Positions 35,295 through 45,445 are shown, counted from the stretch's first letter. The stretch is 64,000 bases of DNA from an uncultured Verrucomicrobiota bacterium (GCA_964482435.1 CAYZXL010000006.1:64661-128660); one strand, 5' to 3'. Notes: a model not told the origin generated them from the letters alone. Numbers and translations are program-made.

Positions 35295-38200
35295 ATGAAA
35301 AAACTTGCGATGAGTTTTGTTCTTTGCTGCCTTTGCGTGACGTCTTCGGAAGGCATCGTTATCAATGAGATTATGTACCACCCAACCGGCGACAACGAGG
35401 CGGACCTCGAGTGGTTGGAGCTGTATAACGATGACGTTGTTCCCTTAGACGTCGGCGGGTGGTCTTTCTCGAAAGGAATCAGCTACCAATTTTCGGAAAA
35501 CATCGTTCTGGCAGGGAAATCCTACGTCGTGGTCTGTGCAAACAAGATTGCCCTGATGGGGATATATCCCATAACCAAGGATAAGCTCTACGGCCCCTTC
35601 GAGGGACGGCTTGACAGCGGAGGCGAGCAGATTGCTCTCGTGGACAAGCTGGGAGCGGTCATGGCACACGTCCACTATAGGGACAGGGACCCCTGGCCGG
35701 CTGGAGCGGACGGGACAGGGTTCTCTCTGGCTCTCATCAATCCCGACCTGCCGATGGACGAAAGCGAAAGCTGGGCGGTCAGCGCCAAGCCCCTTGGAAG
35801 CCCTGGCCAGCCGAACGGCTTCGAGGAGGAGACGACCATCACCGACACTCCCCTTGTACAAGTGGGGGAATTGTGGAAGTACTTCAAGGGCACGGAACCT
35901 CCTTCGGCAGACCCTCTCGGGTGGACTGAACCCGATTTCGATGACTCTACCGAGAAGTGGCTTTCCGGTCCGACAGGCATAGGATACGGCGACGGCGACG
36001 ACGCCACAGAGGTTACGGATATGCAGAACGCCTATCGCTCCGTTTTCTGTCGTAAAAAGTTTGAGGTTACGAACGTTTCCTCCATAGACAGCGTCGTGTT
36101 CAAAATTGCTTACGACGATGGATTCATAGCCTTTCTCAATGGTCCCGAACAGGAAATTGGCCGAAAGAACATGGGGAATACAGGGGACGTCTTCACTTAC
36201 AACATGGAGGCCACGACGAGCGTCGGAGACCTTCCGGAGTCGGCAGAATTCAACGTTCCGAAATCCTATCTGCGAGAGGGGACGAACGTCCTGGCGGTTC
36301 AGATTCACAATTACGGCATAGGCAGCAGCGACCTTTCGATGATTCCATCTCTCTCCAGCCGAAAGGTCAAAACCAGCGGCGGCGTAACGCCCATGCCCGT
36401 GGTCATCAACGAGTTTCTGGCCAACTCCAGCGGCGAGACATTTGTGGAGCTGTTCAATAATAGCAACGCGGACATGGACATCGGGCTGACTTATCTCAGC
36501 GACGACCCGCTGAACTTGATGAAGTACCAGATTCCGGCGGGCACCGTCATTAAGGCCTGGAAGCCCGCGTCTTTCAGCGAGACGGCCATGGGCTTTCCGC
36601 TGCCCCAGGGAGATGCGGCGATTTATCTCACCACGCCCGACGCAGCGCGGATTATTGACGCACAGGCTTACGCAACCGAGCGACTGGACATGAGCCGCGG
36701 TCGGTATCCCGACGGGGAGGGGCGCTGGTACACCATGCACACACCAACCCCTGGCGAGCCGAATGAGATTTCGGTCAACACCTCCATCGTCATCAACGAA
36801 CTGATGTTCCATCCGTATGAGAACGACGATACCCTCGAGTACATCGAGCTGTACAACCGGGGAACCGAGGCAGTGGACATGTCCGGCTGGAGTTTCGATG
36901 AGGGAGTGGATTTCGTTTTCCCCATCGAGACGACGCTCGATGCAGGGGATTATCTCGTCGTCGCGAAGAATCAGGAGACTATTGCCCAGAAGTACGCCGT
37001 ATCCAACGTCATCGGAAATTTCGGCGGAAACCTCGAGAACGAAGGCGAGAAAGTCGAACTTGTTGACGCCATAGGGAACGTTGTGGACGAGGTTCGCTAT
37101 TCCGGGGGAGGACGATGGCCTATCTGGGCCGCGGGATGGGGATCGAGCCTTGAGCTGATAGACCCGCGGCAGGACAACAGCTCGCCTTCCGCATGGGCCG
37201 CCAGCGACGAGAGAAGCAGGGCAGTCTGGACTCGCATCGAGTACAGCGGCCAGTTCAGCGGAGGTGAGTCGGAATTTCACTTCTTCCTGATGCATCGGGG
37301 GGAGTGCTTGATTGACGACATCAGCATGAAGCGCGGTGGCCAGGAATACATCCCAAACGGTTCTTTTGAATCGGGCACATCGGGCTGGAAGATCGAGGGC
37401 AACCACATCCAATCGTCCATCTACACTCAGGAGGCGCGCAGCGGTGCGAGGTGCCTGAAGATCGTAGCCACTGGCCGGGGAGACACCGGCGCCAACAGGA
37501 TCGAATGCGACACCACCACTGCCCTGAGCTCAGGCCAGACCTACACGATTTCGTTCTGGGTCAAGTGGCAGAGAGGAGTTGATTTGATTTACACGCGGAC
37601 CCATAGCCAGGGAGCGCCGCGGGCAAGTCGGATTCCGATGCCCTCTCCTCGCGGGACGCCCGGCAAGCCAAACACCGTTTACCTGTCGAATCTCGGCCCG
37701 GTTATCTGGGATGTGACCCAGAAGCCGATTGTCCCGAAATCCGCCGACTCCGTCAGGATTACGGCAAAAATCAGCGATTCGGACGGAGTTACGTCGGTCA
37801 CCTTGTATTACAGGGGAGACAACGACGCAAACTACAACAGCGTCCAGATGTTCGACGACGGATCGCATAACGATAGACGGGCAGGGGATGGACTCTACGC
37901 CGGGGAAATCCCACCCCGAGGCAGCATTGATTTGATGAGGTTCTACATCGTCCCCCAGGACGCGCTCTCTGCAACTCAGCGGTTTCCCGCCATGGACGGA
38001 AGGTTTTGCCTGTACCAGATTGAGAACACCCCTCCCTCGACGAAGCTCCCCATTTATCGCATTTTGTTGTCGCGCGAGGCCGACCAGCAAATGCGCAGCC
38101 AGGTTCGGCTGAGCAACGAGCTTGCCGACTGCACGTTCGTCTTGAACAACACCCAGATTTACTATAACTGCGGCGTTCGCACCCGAGGCAGCGGCTGGAC

Positions 38201-41135
38201 AAGAGGCACCCACCCGTCAAATCAGTACCGAATTGAGTTTAATGCCGACCAGCCTCTCCGGGGAGTTCAGGAGGAAATGAACCTCGACTGGGACAACGCC
38301 GACGGCACCAAGCAGCACGACTGGACAGTACATCATCTACTGCGCAAGCTCGGGGGCGTTCCGACGAGCTACCATAAGTACGTCCACGTGCGGTTTAACG
38401 CAAATTTCACAGCCCTGTCAGTAGAAGTGCAGAAGGTGGATGGGGCGTACGCTCGGCACTACTGGCCTGATGACGCCCAGGGGAACCTCTTCGAGGTGGA
38501 CGACCGCTTTGAATGGACCGACAGTTGGAACCACGGCAACTGGGACGCCTACATGCGCTGGCTGGGCGCCGATAAGGAGAAATATCGCTGGAATTTTGAG
38601 TTACGAACGAACGAAAAAGAGGATGATTACTCCGGCCTCCTCGACTTCATCTCTTTCATGGACCCCGCGAGGACAAACAACACCACTTTCGATGACCAAG
38701 CCCTGGGTGTTCTCGACGTGAGTGAATGGCTGAAAGTGCTTTGCGTCAGGTTCCTGGTGGACGATTGGGATACCTACGGCTACAACCGCGGAAAGAACGC
38801 TTACTTCTATAAGCCCCTTCATCGAGGAGACGGCACGCCCCAGGACCCACCGCGGGACGGCAAATGGGCTCTTATCCCCTGGGACAGCGACCTGACTTTC
38901 AACAACGCGAGCGCCCCCATCGTTAGCGGCCAATTCACCGACATTCAAAGAATGATCAACAGGCCCCAGTTTCAGCGACTGTACTACGGTTACTACCTCT
39001 GGCTCATTGACGGTCCTTTCAGCCGGGCACAGATAGACCCCGTTCTCGACAGAACGTACCAGGCCGTGGCCAGCGAGCCGGGCGCGCCGAGCGGCCCCGA
39101 CGGAATGAAGAGCTTCATCACCAACCGCATTTCGGCGATTCGCTCGATGATTCAATCTGACGCGAAATTCGCCATCACGACGAATTCTGGCATGGACTTC
39201 GAGGTTCAGGTGCCGCAGGTTACCCTAGAAGGAGTCGCGCCCTTCATTGCTACGACGATGAACGTGAAGGTCAACGATGGACCGGACGAGCCCCTCAAGG
39301 CGACTTGGCTCGACTCGAAGCGCTGGCGGGCGACATTCTCTCTGGGGCCGAGCATAAACCGCTTCGTTGTGACGGGACTCGCTGTGGACAACAAGGTAGT
39401 CGGAACTGCCAGCATCACGGTGACCTGGGGGTTGAGTCCCACAACTGATACCGACAACGACGGGCTCTTCGATAGAGAAGAAGGCGAGGTTTACCACACG
39501 GATTACATGAATCCCGACACCGACGGCGATGGACTAACCGACGGGAACGAGGTGCACGTATATTTCAGCGACCCGACCAAGAAAGACACCGACGGCGACG
39601 GCCTCACCGACCCGGAGGAAGTGATCACTTACCTCACAGACCCCAGGAAGGCGGATACCGACGACGATTCACTCCCGGATAAATGGGAAATCGAGAATCA
39701 GCTCAATCCGAAAGTCGCAGATGGCGACGACGGAGCAAACGGCGACCCGGACGCTGACGGGCTAACCAATTTGGCCGAGTACCAGAGCGGAACAAATCCC
39801 CGAAATGCCGACACTGACGGGGATGCCATGTCCGACCCCTGGGAAATCCAGTGGGGCTTCAACCCGAACGTCGGCACCGGACCGGATGGACCGGATGGGG
39901 ACCGCGATGGCGACGGACTGACAAACCTCGGTGAATATCGCAACGGCACCAATCCCAGCAAGGCTGACAGCGACGACGACGGACTGAACGACCTCTGGGA
40001 GGTCCAGAACAATCTCGACCCCAACAGCGGGCAGGGCAATGACGGCCCGGATGGCGACCCCGACGGTGATGGCCTGACGAATCAGGAAGAGTTTGCCTAC
40101 GGCACCAAGCCCAAGAGCAACGACTCCGATTCCGACCAGATGGACGACCGCTGGGAGATTCAGAACAACCTCGACCCGACGAGCAGCGAAGGAGACAATG
40201 GCTCCGCCGGCGACCTCGATGGCGACGGGCTGACGAACCTGCGGGAATACCAGAGCATGACGAAGCCCAACAACCGCGATACCGACGACGATGGAATGGA
40301 TGACTTCTGGGAAGTCGAAAACGGCTTAGACCCAACTCAGCCAACGGGAGACAATGGACCCGACGGCGACCCCGACGGTGACCAGATACAGAATCTGAAA
40401 GAATATCAATACGGGCTTGACCCGTGGACGCCTAACACGGACACCGACCAGGATGGCTTGAGCGACCTGTGGGAAATCACGTACGGACTCAGCCCGACAA
40501 GTCCTGACGGGAATGATGGCGCCGGGGGCGACCCCGATGGCGACGGCCTGTCGAATGCCGATGAGCTTCAAAAGGGGACAAGTCCTGTCAATCCCGATTC
40601 AGACTCCGACGGAATGAACGACGGATGGGAAGTCCAGAACGGCCTCGACCCGGCGAGCAATGTGGGCGACGATGGCGCGACCGGCGACCCCGACGCAGAC
40701 ACTCTGCTGAACAAAGAGGAATACGACCACAACGCCAACCCAAGAGACCCCGACACCGACGATGATGGGATGGGAGACGCCTGGGAGGTTCGGAACGGCC
40801 TCGATCCAGCCAGCGCCGAAGGAGAAAATGGACCGGACGGCGACCCCGACGACGATGGAAGCTCCAATATGGAGGAGATGATAGCCGGAACCCTGCCGCT
40901 CTCCGCAGAATCGGTTTTTGCCGTGGTATCCATCGGCAATAACGGCTCTTCCATCACCATCACGTGGTCAACGGTGGAGGGGAAACGGTACAGGATTCTC
41001 GCGGCGGACACCATAGACGGGACCTGGACGCCCATCGCCGCCGACATCGTGGGAACGGGACAGCCAGCCCTCTTCGAGGACGGCGCAGGCGTTTCTCAAG
41101 GGAAGGCGTTCTACAAAGTGGAGGTGTATTACTGA
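35295..41135 (+). CDS. CotH-kinase-family protein of 1,946 aa with three lamin-tail domains, a CotH domain, ~12 thrombospondin-type-3-like Ca-binding repeats and the conserved C-terminal module
   Basis: The signal peptide is MKKLAMSFVLCCLCVTSSEG. Lamin-tail-domain-like blocks occur near residues 20, 370 and 500 (VINEIMYHP…, VINEFLANSSG…, VINELMFHP…). The CotH block is …CGVRTRGSGWTRG…YRIEF…LRKLGGVPTSYHKYVHVRFN…. The repeats match NPxxADTDGDG(L/M)xDxWE. The C-terminus is …ITITWSTVEGKRYRILAADTIDGTWTPIAADIVGTGQPALFEDGAGVSQGKAFYKVEVYY. Confidence 0.85.
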   Translation: MKKLAMSFVLCCLCVTSSEGIVINEIMYHPTGDNEADLEWLELYNDDVVPLDVGGWSFSKGISYQFSENIVLAGKSYVVVCANKIALMGIYPITKDKLYGPFEGRLDSGGEQIALVDKLGAVMAHVHYRDRDPWPAGADGTGFSLALINPDLPMDESESWAVSAKPLGSPGQPNGFEEETTITDTPLVQVGELWKYFKGTEPPSADPLGWTEPDFDDSTEKWLSGPTGIGYGDGDDATEVTDMQNAYRSVFCRKKFEVTNVSSIDSVVFKIAYDDGFIAFLNGPEQEIGRKNMGNTGDVFTYNMEATTSVGDLPESAEFNVPKSYLREGTNVLAVQIHNYGIGSSDLSMIPSLSSRKVKTSGGVTPMPVVINEFLANSSGETFVELFNNSNADMDIGLTYLSDDPLNLMKYQIPAGTVIKAWKPASFSETAMGFPLPQGDAAIYLTTPDAARIIDAQAYATERLDMSRGRYPDGEGRWYTMHTPTPGEPNEISVNTSIVINELMFHPYENDDTLEYIELYNRGTEAVDMSGWSFDEGVDFVFPIETTLDAGDYLVVAKNQETIAQKYAVSNVIGNFGGNLENEGEKVELVDAIGNVVDEVRYSGGGRWPIWAAGWGSSLELIDPRQDNSSPSAWAASDERSRAVWTRIEYSGQFSGGESEFHFFLMHRGECLIDDISMKRGGQEYIPNGSFESGTSGWKIEGNHIQSSIYTQEARSGARCLKIVATGRGDTGANRIECDTTTALSSGQTYTISFWVKWQRGVDLIYTRTHSQGAPRASRIPMPSPRGTPGKPNTVYLSNLGPVIWDVTQKPIVPKSADSVRITAKISDSDGVTSVTLYYRGDNDANYNSVQMFDDGSHNDRRAGDGLYAGEIPPRGSIDLMRFYIVPQDALSATQRFPAMDGRFCLYQIENTPPSTKLPIYRILLSREADQQMRSQVRLSNELADCTFVLNNTQIYYNCGVRTRGSGWTRGTHPSNQYRIEFNADQPLRGVQEEMNLDWDNADGTKQHDWTVHHLLRKLGGVPTSYHKYVHVRFNANFTALSVEVQKVDGAYARHYWPDDAQGNLFEVDDRFEWTDSWNHGNWDAYMRWLGADKEKYRWNFELRTNEKEDDYSGLLDFISFMDPARTNNTTFDDQALGVLDVSEWLKVLCVRFLVDDWDTYGYNRGKNAYFYKPLHRGDGTPQDPPRDGKWALIPWDSDLTFNNASAPIVSGQFTDIQRMINRPQFQRLYYGYYLWLIDGPFSRAQIDPVLDRTYQAVASEPGAPSGPDGMKSFITNRISAIRSMIQSDAKFAITTNSGMDFEVQVPQVTLEGVAPFIATTMNVKVNDGPDEPLKATWLDSKRWRATFSLGPSINRFVVTGLAVDNKVVGTASITVTWGLSPTTDTDNDGLFDREEGEVYHTDYMNPDTDGDGLTDGNEVHVYFSDPTKKDTDGDGLTDPEEVITYLTDPRKADTDDDSLPDKWEIENQLNPKVADGDDGANGDPDADGLTNLAEYQSGTNPRNADTDGDAMSDPWEIQWGFNPNVGTGPDGPDGDRDGDGLTNLGEYRNGTNPSKADSDDDGLNDLWEVQNNLDPNSGQGNDGPDGDPDGDGLTNQEEFAYGTKPKSNDSDSDQMDDRWEIQNNLDPTSSEGDNGSAGDLDGDGLTNLREYQSMTKPNNRDTDDDGMDDFWEVENGLDPTQPTGDNGPDGDPDGDQIQNLKEYQYGLDPWTPNTDTDQDGLSDLWEITYGLSPTSPDGNDGAGGDPDGDGLSNADELQKGTSPVNPDSDSDGMNDGWEVQNGLDPASNVGDDGATGDPDADTLLNKEEYDHNANPRDPDTDDDGMGDAWEVRNGLDPASAEGENGPDGDPDDDGSSNMEEMIAGTLPLSAESVFAVVSIGNNGSSITITWSTVEGKRYRILAADTIDGTWTPIAADIVGTGQPALFEDGAGVSQGKAFYKVEVYY
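39440..40900 (+). repeat. tandem array of ~12 coding repeats of about 120 bp each (thrombospondin type 3-like, DxDxDGxxDxxE Ca-binding) inside the CotH-family gene
   Basis: The protein repeats the unit …NPxxADTDGDGLTNLxEYxxGTNPxxADSDxDGMxDxWEVQNGLDP…. The matching nucleotide periodicity is visible. Confidence 0.6.
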
Positions 41136-41174
41136 GCGGGGGGGCTTCCCGAAGAGTGCGGTCCGTGCGGTAGG

Positions 41175-41711
41175 TCAATCGGGCTTCCGGGGCGACTTAC
41201 GGGCCCGGCGACGCTTCTTCTCCTCGCGCGACCCGAAAACGGCAATGAAAGTCTCGACCATCTTCGCGCAGTCGTCACACACCTCCGGCGTCTGGTCGCG
41301 GAGCGCCCTGGCGATGCGGTTGAGGGGCCTGCTCCTCTGCTCGTTGAGCAGCTTGGCGTAGCCCTGCGGTTTGACGACCTCGCCCTCGTAGAACGAGAAG
41401 GAGGCGAGGGTCTCTATTTCATCGGGCGTGATGTCAGGGGGTTTCACGTCCGACTTGAGAAAAGCCTGGAGGTTGTCCGGCAGAGACTCCATAGGGGGCG
41501 AAACGTAGCCGAGGTCTTTGAGCATCTCGAGCAACGACATCCGGAGGGCAGCCGCGATTTTTATCAGAGTATCGATTTTCGGTAAGCCCCTTTCCTCCTT
41601 CGATAGCCGCGATATGTGAGCATCTGAAATTCCAGCCTCCCTCGATAGCTCACTTTGGGACATCCCTTTCTCTTTCAGCTTTCGCAAGACGTACGCGCCG
41701 AACTTCGTCAT
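41175..41711 (-). CDS. XRE-family helix-turn-helix transcriptional regulator
   Basis: The HTH_3 motif is …LKEKGMSQSELSREAGISDAHISRLSKEERGLPKIDTLIKIAAAL. AGGAGGGAG lies upstream of the ATG. The C-terminal tail is basic. Confidence 0.7.
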   Translation of the reverse strand: MTKFGAYVLRKLKEKGMSQSELSREAGISDAHISRLSKEERGLPKIDTLIKIAAALRMSLLEMLKDLGYVSPPMESLPDNLQAFLKSDVKPPDITPDEIETLASFSFYEGEVVKPQGYAKLLNEQRSRPLNRIARALRDQTPEVCDDCAKMVETFIAVFGSREEKKRRRARKSPRKPD

Positions 41712-41934
41712 CGCAACTCCCTCCTCTTATTGCCCGCGCTTTCGCGCGCTGCCTGCCTTCGGGGGTCAAGCGAACACGCAAATCTCTCCGCCCGACGAAA
41801 GAGTTCACTGCCCCGCCGTGCGTAGTTTACTGCAAGAAGGGAACGTGTCAAACAAAAATCTACAGAAAAGACGCCCCCTCACTTTCAGGCGGATATGGCG
41901 CTGTCGTGCGGACACAGTCGCGCCTTCTTGCGGT

Positions 41935-41985
41935 GGCAGGGCCATCTTGCCCATGATCCTCCACGGGCGGGACGCCCGTGCCACG
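41935..41985. repeat. dispersed ~50-bp intergenic repeat containing the perfect hairpin CACGGGCGGGACGCCCGTG; a second copy in inverted orientation lies at 58471-58524
   Basis: GGCAGGGCCATCTTGCCCATGATCCTCCACGGGCGGGACGCCCGTGCCACG at 41935-41985 is ~90% identical to the reverse complement of 58471-58524 (CGTGGCACGGACGTCCCGCCCGTGGAAGATCATGGGCAAGATGCCCATGCCACG). Confidence 0.4.
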
Positions 41986-42110
41986 GTGCGGCACGCACGG
42001 CACTGAAGCCTTTCAACATCCCCCTGCCCAGAGGAGCCCGCAGGACACCATCCGCAGCCGCTCTACCCGGGTGGTTCGCAAGGCAGAGTACGGCGGGGAG
42101 TGTCCGCGCT

Positions 42111-42749
42111 TTAACGGAGGTCCGGTGGGTCAAAAAATGTCAACGACTTCTTCTCTTTCCGCACCGTCGTGGGAGGGCCGTGACCGGGGTAGATGACCGT
42201 CCCCGGCGGGAGAGAAAAAATTCGCTTGAAAATCGAATCCTTGAGTTGCGAGGTGGACCCGCCCGGTAAGTCCGTTCGTCCGACGGCGCCCCCCTCAAAA
42301 AGGACGTCACCGCAAAAGAGAACGTCGTTGATGAGGTAGGACACGCTGCCGGGGGAGTGACCCGGCGTATGAATGACCCGAAAAGATAAGCCGCCGACGC
42401 GGATTACCTCGTTGTCCCGGAGAAGGCGGTCCACAGGAGGCAGGGGTTCCCCTTCAAGTCCGACAAATGCCAGTTGCTCAACCACGGCGTCGTAAAAAGG
42501 AAGGTCTTCCCCGTGGCAGCAAATCTCTGCAGAGGTCCTTTTCTTTATCTCACCAACGCCGCCGATGTGGTCCCAGTGGCAATGCGTGATGAGTATCTTG
42601 CCGACGGAGAGCTTCAGAGACGAACAGCGCTCTAAAATGATTTCCGCGTCGGCGCCGGGGTCTATGACGACTCCCTCCGCCGACTCGCCTTCCGCGACGA
42701 GATAACAGTTGCACTCGTTAATGCCTACTGTGACGCTTTCGAGGATCAT
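42111..42749 (-). CDS. MBL-fold metallo-hydrolase (hydroxyacylglutathione-hydrolase-like)
   Basis: The start is the ATG at 42749 (MILESVTVGINECNCYLVA…). The motifs ITHCHWDHIGG (HxHxDH), HTPGHSPGS and PGHGP are present. The longer ORF to 43313 is an artefact that overlaps pnp. Confidence 0.75.
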   Translation of the reverse strand: MILESVTVGINECNCYLVAEGESAEGVVIDPGADAEIILERCSSLKLSVGKILITHCHWDHIGGVGEIKKRTSAEICCHGEDLPFYDAVVEQLAFVGLEGEPLPPVDRLLRDNEVIRVGGLSFRVIHTPGHSPGSVSYLINDVLFCGDVLFEGGAVGRTDLPGGSTSQLKDSIFKRIFSLPPGTVIYPGHGPPTTVRKEKKSLTFFDPPDLR

Positions 42750-44913
42750 CCCGGCGGTCGTTCCTTCTTCTGTCGGGAGGCCCCTCCCGGCGTGGGCGGC
42801 CCGCGTCGGGGCGGTCAGTTCCGCCTGAAGGGCCCAGCGCGTCCCGACGGCTGAGATTGATTCTGCCCCGGTCGTCAATATCGGTGACCTTGACCATGAT
42901 CTCGTCGCCGAGCCTGACGATGTCCTCGACCCGTTCGACGCGGTGGTCCGCAAGCCTCGAGATGTGGACAAGCCCCTCTTTCCCCGGGAGAATCTCCACG
43001 AAAGCCCCGAAGTCAACGATATTCTTGACGGTGCCGCGATAAACTTTTCCGACCTCCACCTCGGCGGTAAGACCCTGGATAGCCTTGACCGCAGCGTCGG
43101 AGGATTCCTGGCTCGTGCTGGCGATGGTGATTTTGCCGGAATCCTCAATGTCAATGACGGCGCCGGTGCTGCTTGTGATGCTGCGGATGACGCTCCCACC
43201 GGGGCCGATGACCGCGCCAATTTTTTCAGGATTAATATGGATGATTGTAATCTTCGGGGCGTACACGGAGACCGACGGACGCGGCTTGTCAATCGCAGCA
43301 TCCATAATATCAAGCACGTGGAGACGGGCTTTTTTCGCCTCCTGAAGAGCCTCCGCCATGATTTCTCGAGTTATCCCGGCGCCCTTGATGTCCATCTGGA
43401 AGGCGGTGATGCCCTGGCGCGTTCCGGCGACTTTGAAATCCATCTCGCCGAGGGCATCCTCAATGCCCAGGATGTCAGCCAGGATTACGTGGCGGTTTTC
43501 TTCCTTGATCAGCCCCATGGCGACTCCGGCCACGGCAGCCGACACAGGCACTCCCGCATCCATGAGGGCCAGAGAGCCCCCGCAGACCGTCGCCATCGAG
43601 GAGGAGCCGTTCGACTCCAGAATGTCGGACGTGATTCGGATGGTGTAAGGAAAAGTCACGTCGTCAGGAGTGACCGCCGTCAAAGCTCGTTCTGCCAGGA
43701 TTCCGTGCCCGATGTCCCGCCGGCTCGGCCCCCGTATCGGCTTGACCTCTCCGACACTGAACGGCGGGAAGTTGTAGTGAACCATGAACCTCTTTGACTG
43801 TTCGCCGATGAGCGTGTCGCGGCGTTGCTCGTCGGAAACCGTACCGAGAGTGGCGATGGCGAGGGCTTGCGTCTCGCCGCGAGTGAACAGCGCCGAACCG
43901 TGCGTTCGGGGAAGAAGTCCGACTTCGCAGGCAATGGGTCGGATGTCCAGCGGCCCGCGCCCGTCCGCTCTTCTGCCCTCCTTGAGGATGAGCTCCCGCA
44001 CGCGCTTCTGCTGAACCTCTCTGAAAGCCGCATCAATTTGTGCTTCCGTGTAGAGAGGACTTTCCTGCTCCGCGACGAGCTTATTTATCAAGCGTTCTCT
44101 CAGTCCACTGACGGCCTCGTTTCTGGGGGCCTTCTCTCGAATGGTTATGGCCGGGACGACGTCTTCCCCGACCAGCCCCTCGACGGCAGCCATCAAGTCC
44201 GGCGGCACAGTCAGGAACGACCGCTCAGCTTTCGGCTTTCCACATTTCTGGCCGAGCTCTCGTATGGCCCTGGCCACTTCCTTTACCGCGGCATGGCCGA
44301 ACATGATAGCTTCCAGGAGCGTCTCTTCCGAAGCGAACTTCGCCCAGCCTTCGACCATAGTAACGGCTTCTTCCGTCCCAGCTATGACAAGGTCGAGGGC
44401 AGAGGTCTCCATCTGCTGGTGCGTTGGGTTGACGACGAGGGTTCCATTGAACTTGCCGACTCGAACCATGCCAATGGGACCCCCGAAGGGAATGTCAGAA
44501 ACCGTCAGAGCCGCCGAAGCGCCGACCCCCGTCAGGATGTCCGGGTCGTTCACATCGTCGGCGGAAAGAACCTCACCGACAATCTGGACTTCTTCCAGCA
44601 TGCCTTTCGGGAAAAGGGGCCTGATGGTACGGTCACCAAGCCGGCACGTGAGAATCTCCTTCTCCGTCGGTCTCCCCTCGCGCTTGATGTAGCCACCGGG
44701 GAAACGCCCTGCCGCCGACGTCTTCTCCCGGTACTCGACGGTGAGAGGGAAGAAATCCACTCCTTCCCTGGGGGTATCGGCGATGGTAACTGCGGAGAGC
44801 ACAATCGTGTCACCATACCTGACGGCGACAGACCCGTTAGCCTGCTTTGCCATTTTACCGGTCTGAATGGTCAGTTCTTTTCCCCCGACCCAAACTGAAA
44901 TAGATTCCAGCAT
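42718..44913 (-). CDS. pnp: polyribonucleotide nucleotidyltransferase (PNPase)
   Basis: The start is the ATG at 44913, preceded by GGAGGAA (MLESISVWVGGKELTIQTGKMAKQANGSVAVRYGDT…). Two RNase PH domains, a KH domain and an S1 domain are present. The C-terminal tail is Arg-rich. There is a 32-bp overlap with the downstream MBL gene. Confidence 0.9.
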   Translation of the reverse strand: MLESISVWVGGKELTIQTGKMAKQANGSVAVRYGDTIVLSAVTIADTPREGVDFFPLTVEYREKTSAAGRFPGGYIKREGRPTEKEILTCRLGDRTIRPLFPKGMLEEVQIVGEVLSADDVNDPDILTGVGASAALTVSDIPFGGPIGMVRVGKFNGTLVVNPTHQQMETSALDLVIAGTEEAVTMVEGWAKFASEETLLEAIMFGHAAVKEVARAIRELGQKCGKPKAERSFLTVPPDLMAAVEGLVGEDVVPAITIREKAPRNEAVSGLRERLINKLVAEQESPLYTEAQIDAAFREVQQKRVRELILKEGRRADGRGPLDIRPIACEVGLLPRTHGSALFTRGETQALAIATLGTVSDEQRRDTLIGEQSKRFMVHYNFPPFSVGEVKPIRGPSRRDIGHGILAERALTAVTPDDVTFPYTIRITSDILESNGSSSMATVCGGSLALMDAGVPVSAAVAGVAMGLIKEENRHVILADILGIEDALGEMDFKVAGTRQGITAFQMDIKGAGITREIMAEALQEAKKARLHVLDIMDAAIDKPRPSVSVYAPKITIIHINPEKIGAVIGPGGSVIRSITSSTGAVIDIEDSGKITIASTSQESSDAAVKAIQGLTAEVEVGKVYRGTVKNIVDFGAFVEILPGKEGLVHISRLADHRVERVEDIVRLGDEIMVKVTDIDDRGRINLSRRDALGPSGGTDRPDAGRPRREGPPDRRRNDRRDDPRKRHSRH

Positions 44914-45175
44914 CGTTCCTCCATAAAAAGTTTTGACGACCCGCCCCTCTTCCTTGGTCATCAGAGACGAACCCGCGACACACAAGCCCCGACCTCTCCG
45001 GAAAGAACCTTCTTCCGGACGAGGGGCATCGCCCGAAAGGAGTTCAACCCGGGTAATGAAACGGTGATCGTGGAGTCGCCTCTAATGATCAAGGGAAGAA
45101 GTTTTGTGGCGGGTTGTACGGGTTCATTTGCGTGAGCCCATGCCCAGCCTCGTTCCATCGAACAAACCGGTGGAC

Positions 45176-45445
45176 TCATCGTCTCAAGTTTAACTTCTTC
45201 AAAATAGCCTGGTATCTCTCGTGGTCCTTCAGGCTGAGGTAATCGAGAAGTCTTCTCCTTCTCCCAACCAATCTCAACAGGCCTCGTCGAGAATGATGGT
45301 CCTTCATATGCTGCTTGAGATGCTCCGTTACTTCGTTGATGCGCTCGGTCATGATAGCAATTTGCACGTCCGAAGAGCCTGTGTCCTTTTCGTGAAGTTG
45401 AAATTCTTTTGTGATTTCCTGCTTGCGCTCTTTTGCGAGTGCCAT
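45176..45445 (-). CDS. rpsO: 30S ribosomal protein S15
   Basis: [70 protein letters not shown]… is 89 aa and conserved across its full length. Confidence 0.95.
   Translation of the reverse strand: MALAKERKQEITKEFQLHEKDTGSSDVQIAIMTERINEVTEHLKQHMKDHHSRRGLLRLVGRRRRLLDYLSLKDHERYQAILKKLNLRR

Noticed and set aside
35445-37412. 655-aa ORF on the minus strand, entirely inside the CotH-family gene
   Set aside because: It is antisense to a gene with clear domain homology (LTD, CotH). It is typical of a high-GC shadow ORF. It has no family resemblance. It would need to overlap the real gene completely.
42750-43313. N-terminal 188 codons of the 400-aa ORF 42111-43313
   Set aside because: This part overlaps pnp in another frame and has an Arg/Ser-rich junk composition. 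The MBL-fold homology starts at the internal ATG at 42749.
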